From Candidatus Methylomirabilia bacterium (GTDB lineage: Bacteria; Methylomirabilota; Methylomirabilia; Rokubacteriales; CSP1-6), in the NCBI GenBank assembly GCA_046758385.1, contig JBHIAB010000031.1:1-20649 (forward strand): a DNA stretch of 20,649 nucleotides, read 5' to 3'. This document shows, one piece after another, positions 15,932 through 20,649 of the stretch (positions are counted from its first letter, which is position 1; every line of letters starts with the position of its first letter). The translations under genes and the position numbers were made by a program. The notes beneath the pieces are model-generated. The model was not told the origin of the DNA. It saw nothing but the letters and a program-made list of their open reading frames with translations, and made no database searches.

Positions 15932-17579
15932 GCTCGCCCACCCAGGAGTGGTTTACCTGATCGGCGCCCTGCTGGTGGCCCTCGCGCCACGGCGTCTGCG
16001 AGCGCTCCTGGTCCTGCTCGTTCCGGCGGTGGCTCTCTTCCTCGGTTTGATGCTGCCGGATGGCTACCAGACGGCGGCACGGTTCCTGGGAAGGGAGGTC
16101 TCACCCCTCCGGGCCGACCGCTTGAGCCTGGTCTTCGCGACGGTCTTCCTGATCATGGGGGGTCTCGGCAGCGTCTTTCAGTTTCACGTCAAGGCGCGCG
16201 GCCCTCACGTGGCGGCGTTCATCTATGTCGGTGGCGCCCTGGGCGTGGTGTTCGCCGGCGATCTATTGACCCTGTTCGTCGCCTGGGAGCTGATGACGGT
16301 CTCCTCCGTGTTCCTGATCTTCCAGCGCCGCTCTGCGGAAGCGCTGGCGGCGGGCTTCCGCTACCTGCTGGTCCATGCATTCGGCGGGGCCTCTCTCTTA
16401 GCCGGCATCCTGCTCCACGTGACGAGCGGTGGGAGCCTGAGCTTCGAGGCCATGGCGCTGACGGGACCCACCGCCCTGATCCTCCTGGGCTTCGCCGTCA
16501 ACGCGGCGATCCCGCCGCTCCATGCCTGGCTGACCGATGCCTACCCTCAGGGGACCGTGACCGGGAGCGTGTTCCTCTCTGCGTTCACGACAAAAAGTGC
16601 GGTGTACGCGCTGGCGCGCGGGTTCCCCGGCGAGGAGCTCCTGATGTGGGCCGGAGCGGTGATGGCCATCTACGGGGTGGTGTTCGCGGTCCTGGAGAAC
16701 GATATCCGCCGGTTGCTGGCCTACCACATCGTCAGCCAGGTGGGCTACATGGTTGCCGGAGTGGGCCTGGGCACCCAGCTCGCGCTCAACGGGACCTCGG
16801 CGCACGCCTTCAGCCACATCCTCTACAAGGGTCTCCTGTTCATGGGCACGGGCGCGGTGCTTCACGTCACCGGACGGAGCAAGCTCACCGAGCTGGGTGG
16901 GCTCTGGCGGACGATGCCGCTGACCCTCGTGCTCTACACCGTCGGAGCCTTTTCGATCTCGGGCGTGCCGCTGTTCAACGGGTTTGTGAGCAAATCCATG
17001 GTGGTGGCGGCGGCCGAGGAAGCCCACCGGGTGCCGATAGAATGGATGCTCATCCTCGCCTCCGTCGGGACCTTCCTCCACACCGGGCTCAAGCTGCCCT
17101 TCTTCACCTTCTTTGCCGAGGATCGTGGACTCCGGGGTCGAGAGCCTCCCTGGAACATGCTGCTGGCCATGAGCCTGGCGGCCGCCCTCTGTATCGCCAC
17201 CGGCGTCGCGCCGGGAATGCTCTACCAAATGCTCCCGTTCTCGGTGACCTACGAGCCCTACACGGCCCACCATCTGGTGACCACGCTTCAGCTCTTGCTG
17301 GGAACCGCTGTAGGATTCATGCTCCTCATCCGCCACCTCGGTGGAGAGCCGACGGTGACGCTCGACACCGATTGGGTTTATCGCCGGGGAGGCCGGTTGG
17401 TCTTGGGCGCTTGCCAGGGGTGGGCACGGCTGAGCGCCGGAGGGACCAGAGCCGTCTCCGAGGCCGTGGGCCGCCTGCTGCCCGGCGCGCATGGGGTGTC
17501 GGCACCCCGCTCTCTTCCCGTCGGGTACTGGGTCCTGATCAACCTGGGGCTCCTCGCCCTCCTCCTTCTGGCCCTCTGA
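15924..17579 (+). CDS. Third antiporter-like subunit (MrpD/NuoM family), 551 aa. It has Asn where the other two subunits have the TM7 lysine.
   Basis: TM5 Glu (FVAWELMTVSS). GFAVNAAIPPLHAWLTDAYPQGTVTGSVFLSAFTTKSAVYALAR (N193, codon 16500..16502, aligns with K in the other two). IRRLLAYHIVSQVGY. HAFSHILYKGLLFMGTG. Confidence 0.8.
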   Translation: MIELAHPGVVYLIGALLVALAPRRLRALLVLLVPAVALFLGLMLPDGYQTAARFLGREVSPLRADRLSLVFATVFLIMGGLGSVFQFHVKARGPHVAAFIYVGGALGVVFAGDLLTLFVAWELMTVSSVFLIFQRRSAEALAAGFRYLLVHAFGGASLLAGILLHVTSGGSLSFEAMALTGPTALILLGFAVNAAIPPLHAWLTDAYPQGTVTGSVFLSAFTTKSAVYALARGFPGEELLMWAGAVMAIYGVVFAVLENDIRRLLAYHIVSQVGYMVAGVGLGTQLALNGTSAHAFSHILYKGLLFMGTGAVLHVTGRSKLTELGGLWRTMPLTLVLYTVGAFSISGVPLFNGFVSKSMVVAAAEEAHRVPIEWMLILASVGTFLHTGLKLPFFTFFAEDRGLRGREPPWNMLLAMSLAAALCIATGVAPGMLYQMLPFSVTYEPYTAHHLVTTLQLLLGTAVGFMLLIRHLGGEPTVTLDTDWVYRRGGRLVLGACQGWARLSAGGTRAVSEAVGRLLPGAHGVSAPRSLPVGYWVLINLGLLALLLLAL

Positions 17580-17618
17580 TGCCCGCGCAACCCTTGGGGG
17601 GAGGTTTCGGCACGCGAA

Positions 17619-17642
17619 GCGGCCTCGCCTTGGCGAGGCTGC
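17619..17642. terminator. GC-rich hairpin between the convergent mrp operon end and the GH15 gene end, a putative bidirectional terminator.
   Basis: GCGGCCTCGCC-TT-GGCGAGGCTGC forms an 11-bp stem with one mismatch. A second hairpin GGGGGC-AGA-GCCCCC lies at 17671..17685. No U-tract follows. Confidence 0.35.
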
Positions 17643-17701
17643 GGAGAGCGCGAGCCAGCGGCGAGCGTAGGGGGGCAGAGCCCCCGTCCGAGCTACTGAG
17701 C

Positions 17702-19510
17702 TTACCGGCTTCTCCCGAGCTCCCGGTCCAGGTTGTACGCAGCGCTGATCAGGGCAAGATGAGTGAGGGCCTGGGGGAAGTTGCCGAGGGCCTCGCCTGA
17801 CGGCCCGATCTCCTCGGCGTAGAGGCCGAGGTGGTTGGCATAGGTGAGCATCTTCTCGAAGGTCAGCCGTGCCTCGTCGAGCCGGCGGGCCCGGGTGAGG
17901 CACTCGACCATCCAGAAGCTGCACATGCTGAACGTTCCCTCCCGGCCCGTCAGGCCATCAGGGGCTGCCAGCTCGGGATCATAACGGTGCACGAGGCTGT
18001 CAGACGCCAGCTCTTCATGGATCCGGTCGAGGGTGGCGAGCATCCGGGGATCGGTGGGGCCCATGAACTTGACCAGCGGGATCAGGAGGAGGCTAGCATC
18101 CAGGTGAGCGCTCCCGTAGTGCTGGACGAAGGCGCGCCGCTCGTCGCTCCACCCCTTGTCAATGACCGCGTGGTAGATGTCGTCGCGGACTTGCCGCCAG
18201 TCCCCGTAGGGGCCCGGCAGCCCCCGTGCTCGGGCGATCCGCATGGCGCGCTCGAAGGCCACCCAGCACATCATCTTCGAGTAGACGAAATGCTGGGGGT
18301 CGGCGCGGACCTCCCAGATGCCAGCGTCAGGCTGGTCCCAGTGCTTGCTGACCCACTCGAGGAGCCGCCTCGCATTGGCCCAGAGGTCGTAGGAGATGGG
18401 CGCGTGCTTGTTATAGAGATAGACCGCGTCCATCAACTCGCCGTAGATATCGAGCTGAAACTGCCGGTAGGCGTCGTTGCCGATCCGGACCGGCCGCGAG
18501 CCCTGGTACCCCTCCAGGTGGTCCAGCGTCTCCTCGTGGAGCTCATGGCGCCCGTCGATCCCGTAGGCGATCTGAAGCGCCCCATCAGGCTCCAGCTCCC
18601 GCATGCGCGCCTCGATCCACCGCATGAACGCCTCGGCCTCCCTTGTGAATCCAATCCGTAGGAAGGCGTACAGGGTGAAGCTGGCGTCACGGACCCAGGT
18701 AAAGCGGTAGTCCCAGTTGCGTTCCCCCCCGATCCGCTCGGGGAGGCTCGTGGTCGGCGCGGCCACGATGGCCCCGGTCGGCTCGAAGCACAGAAGCTTC
18801 AGGACCAGGGCGGAGCGGTTCACCGTCTCTCGCCACCGGCCGTAGTAGCGGCAGTGCGAGAGCCAGCCTCGCCAGAACTCGCGGGTGTCGCGGAACCAGG
18901 TCTCGACCTCAGAGGCGGTGACCTGGAGGCCCACGTGAGTCGGATCGTGGGCCGCCTCGAGGACAAAGGCGGCCTTCTGGCCAGCCTCCAGGGTGAATCC
19001 GGCCACTGCTCCGTCCCCCTCGACCTGGATCGGGACTGACCCGCAGAGTCCAAGGGCCAGGTCTCGCGTGTGAAAGAGGACGCCGTGCTCCCGGGCTTCC
19101 AACTGGTGTGGGGCGCGCGCGTAGTCGAAGGCGGGGCAGCACTCGAGGTGGAAGGCCACTGTTCCGCGGACCGCCAAGACCATCCTCACGAGCCGGTGTG
19201 GGCGGTCCTTCTGGTCGTCCCCGCCGTAGATCGGCATGAAGTCGGTGACCTCACCCACCCCGTCCGGGTGAAGGAAGCGGGTGATCAAAATATTGGTGTC
19301 GGGGAGGTACATCTGCTGGGTGCGGGCCCCGCCGACGGTCGGGCAGATTTGAAAGCGTCCGCCCCGCTGATCGTCCAGGATCGCGCCGAAGACACTCGGG
19401 GAGTCGAAGTGAGGGAGACAGCACCAGTCGATGGAGCCATTGGTGCCCACCAGGGCGACCGTGTGGAGGTCACCGATGACCCCGTGCTCTTCAATCGGCA
19501 GAGACGCCAT
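17702..19510 (-). CDS. Glycoside hydrolase family 15 protein (glucoamylase/trehalase-like), 602 aa.
   Basis: N-terminal [34 protein letters not shown] is typical of bacterial and archaeal GH15 trehalase/glucoamylase. An (alpha/alpha)6 catalytic region with [19 protein letters not shown] follows. Confidence 0.8.
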   Translation of the reverse strand: MASLPIEEHGVIGDLHTVALVGTNGSIDWCCLPHFDSPSVFGAILDDQRGGRFQICPTVGGARTQQMYLPDTNILITRFLHPDGVGEVTDFMPIYGGDDQKDRPHRLVRMVLAVRGTVAFHLECCPAFDYARAPHQLEAREHGVLFHTRDLALGLCGSVPIQVEGDGAVAGFTLEAGQKAAFVLEAAHDPTHVGLQVTASEVETWFRDTREFWRGWLSHCRYYGRWRETVNRSALVLKLLCFEPTGAIVAAPTTSLPERIGGERNWDYRFTWVRDASFTLYAFLRIGFTREAEAFMRWIEARMRELEPDGALQIAYGIDGRHELHEETLDHLEGYQGSRPVRIGNDAYRQFQLDIYGELMDAVYLYNKHAPISYDLWANARRLLEWVSKHWDQPDAGIWEVRADPQHFVYSKMMCWVAFERAMRIARARGLPGPYGDWRQVRDDIYHAVIDKGWSDERRAFVQHYGSAHLDASLLLIPLVKFMGPTDPRMLATLDRIHEELASDSLVHRYDPELAAPDGLTGREGTFSMCSFWMVECLTRARRLDEARLTFEKMLTYANHLGLYAEEIGPSGEALGNFPQALTHLALISAAYNLDRELGRSR

Positions 19511-19563
19511 GGTTCGTACGCGCTCCTCACTCAGGAGATCATCGGCTCCCCGTCACCCTGGGT

Positions 19564-20436
19564 CTACTTTTGCACGCGGGAAGTTGGCAAGTAGCGGAGC
19601 AGGGGTGAGTCGGGAGAGAGGAGGACGGTGCTCTTCTCGCCTAAGAACTTCTCGTAGGCCTCCAGGCTCCGGACGAACCCGTAAAACTCAGCGTCCTGCC
19701 CGTACGCGGCGGCGTAGACTCGGGTCGCCTCGGCATCCCCTTCTCCCCGGCGCGTCTGACTCTCCTCGTAGGCCTTGGCCAGGATGATGGTCTTTTCCTT
19801 GTCGGTCTCCGCCGTGATTTTCGCGGACTCCTCGGCTCCCTCCGAGCGGTAGCGCTTGGCGATCCGTGCCCGCTCGGCCACCATCCGCGCGAACACGCTC
19901 GCCTGGACCTCGGCGGGGAGGTCGGCTCGCTTCACCCGGACATCCACCACCTCGATTCCGAATTGCGTCGCCTTCTCGGCAGCCCGGGAGGCGACTTGCT
20001 CCATCGCGGGCTCCCGCTCTGCGGCGATGAGCGCCGCGAACTTGCGCGAGGCGATCTCCTGCCGGAGCTCGGAGAACACGATGTCGTCGAGCCGGGCCTT
20101 GGCGCCGGCCTCGTTCCGGACGGTGATGAAGAACTTGAGCGGATCCGTGATCCGCCACCGGGCCACGTGATCGATCACCACCCGCTTCTTGTCCACGGTG
20201 AGGTACTCGACGGGCTCCGCATCGCTGGCCAGGATCCGGCGCTCGAGCTTGGTCACGTCTTGCACGAACGGGATCTTCACGTTGAGTCCCGGCTCGCGGA
20301 TCGCCCGCTTGAATTTCCCGAACTGGAGGATGATGGCCTGCTCCCCCTCGTTGATCGTGAAGAGCGCGCTCGAAGCCACAATCAGCACTGCCAGGATGAC
20401 AACGACTCCCACGCCGGAAACGATTCGTCCTTTCAT
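19564..20436 (-). CDS. hflC: HflC (SPFH/band-7 modulator of FtsH), 290 aa from ATG 20436..20434.
   Basis: MKGRIVSGVGVVVILAVLIVASSALFTINEGEQAIILQFGKFKRAIREPGLNVKIPFVQDV matches the HflC N-terminus. The track ORF starts 67 codons upstream and overlaps hflK out of frame. The real start overlaps the hflK stop (TAATG). Confidence 0.8.
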   Translation of the reverse strand: MKGRIVSGVGVVVILAVLIVASSALFTINEGEQAIILQFGKFKRAIREPGLNVKIPFVQDVTKLERRILASDAEPVEYLTVDKKRVVIDHVARWRITDPLKFFITVRNEAGAKARLDDIVFSELRQEIASRKFAALIAAEREPAMEQVASRAAEKATQFGIEVVDVRVKRADLPAEVQASVFARMVAERARIAKRYRSEGAEESAKITAETDKEKTIILAKAYEESQTRRGEGDAEATRVYAAAYGQDAEFYGFVRSLEAYEKFLGEKSTVLLSPDSPLLRYLPTSRVQK

Positions 20437-20649
20437 TATTGCCCCCTCCGTTCCGCCTTCGCCGAGGACTGTCCCGGGAGGGTGAGCCCTCTCAACGGCA
20501 AGAGCGGGACGACGCCGCCCCCGCCTTTGCTGCCCAGAATGACCTTCTCCACGTTGGGGAGGATCCGTTCCAGAGTCTCGAGGTGGAGTCGCTCCCGCGT
20601 GACGCGCGGGGCCGTCCGGTACTCGGCGAGCACACACTCGAACCTCGCC
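20436..20649 (-). CDS. hflK: HflK, C-terminal ~70 aa. The N-terminus lies beyond the right edge.
   Basis: ...EYRTAPRVTRERLHLETLERILPNVEKVILGSKGGGGVVPLLPLRGL aligns with the E. coli HflK tail (AYKAAPEITRERLYIETMEKVL...KGGN..LPLD). Confidence 0.65.
   Translation of the reverse strand, partial: ARFECVLAEYRTAPRVTRERLHLETLERILPNVEKVILGSKGGGGVVPLLPLRGLTLPGQSSAKAERRGQ

Overview
This 20.6-kb window is high-GC (about 68%) bacterial chromosome with strong G/C third-position codon bias throughout. No tRNA, rRNA, CRISPR array, transposase or integrase is visible, and most of the window is housekeeping.

Gene content (left to right):
- 1..935 (-): N-terminal part of a DHH-family phosphoesterase. It runs off the left edge and overlaps the stop of the next gene.
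- 920..2797 (-): transketolase. It looks like a fusion of the split-type N- and C-subunits joined by a proline-rich linker.
- 2798..3121: a 324-bp divergent spacer. It holds a GC-rich structured element with 11-bp inverted termini and an AT-rich island.
- 3122..7902 (+): a complete four-gene 2-oxo-acid (pyruvate-type) dehydrogenase operon, E1alpha-E1beta-E2-E3, with coupled start/stop codons.
- 7959..10029 (-): a convergent two-gene operon, HExxH metallopeptidase-like gene followed by a D-Ala-D-Ala-ligase-like ATP-grasp gene. I consider this the most accessory and least explained unit in the window.
- 10030..10199: divergent promoter region with a near-consensus TTGACA-18-TATAGT promoter.
- 10200..17579 (+): a tightly coupled 10-gene Mrp/Mbh-like antiporter cluster in the order E-F-G-MbhD-B-C-D-A'-small-D''. 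It has three large antiporter-like subunits and no conventional MrpA. The third large subunit carries Asn where the other two have a TM7 lysine.
- 17702..19510 (-): a glycoside hydrolase family 15 gene.
- 19564..20649 (-): hflC and the 3' end of hflK.

A G-rich motif (CAATTTCCCTC ... CCC-NN-GGGGGAGG) recurs in three intergenic regions.
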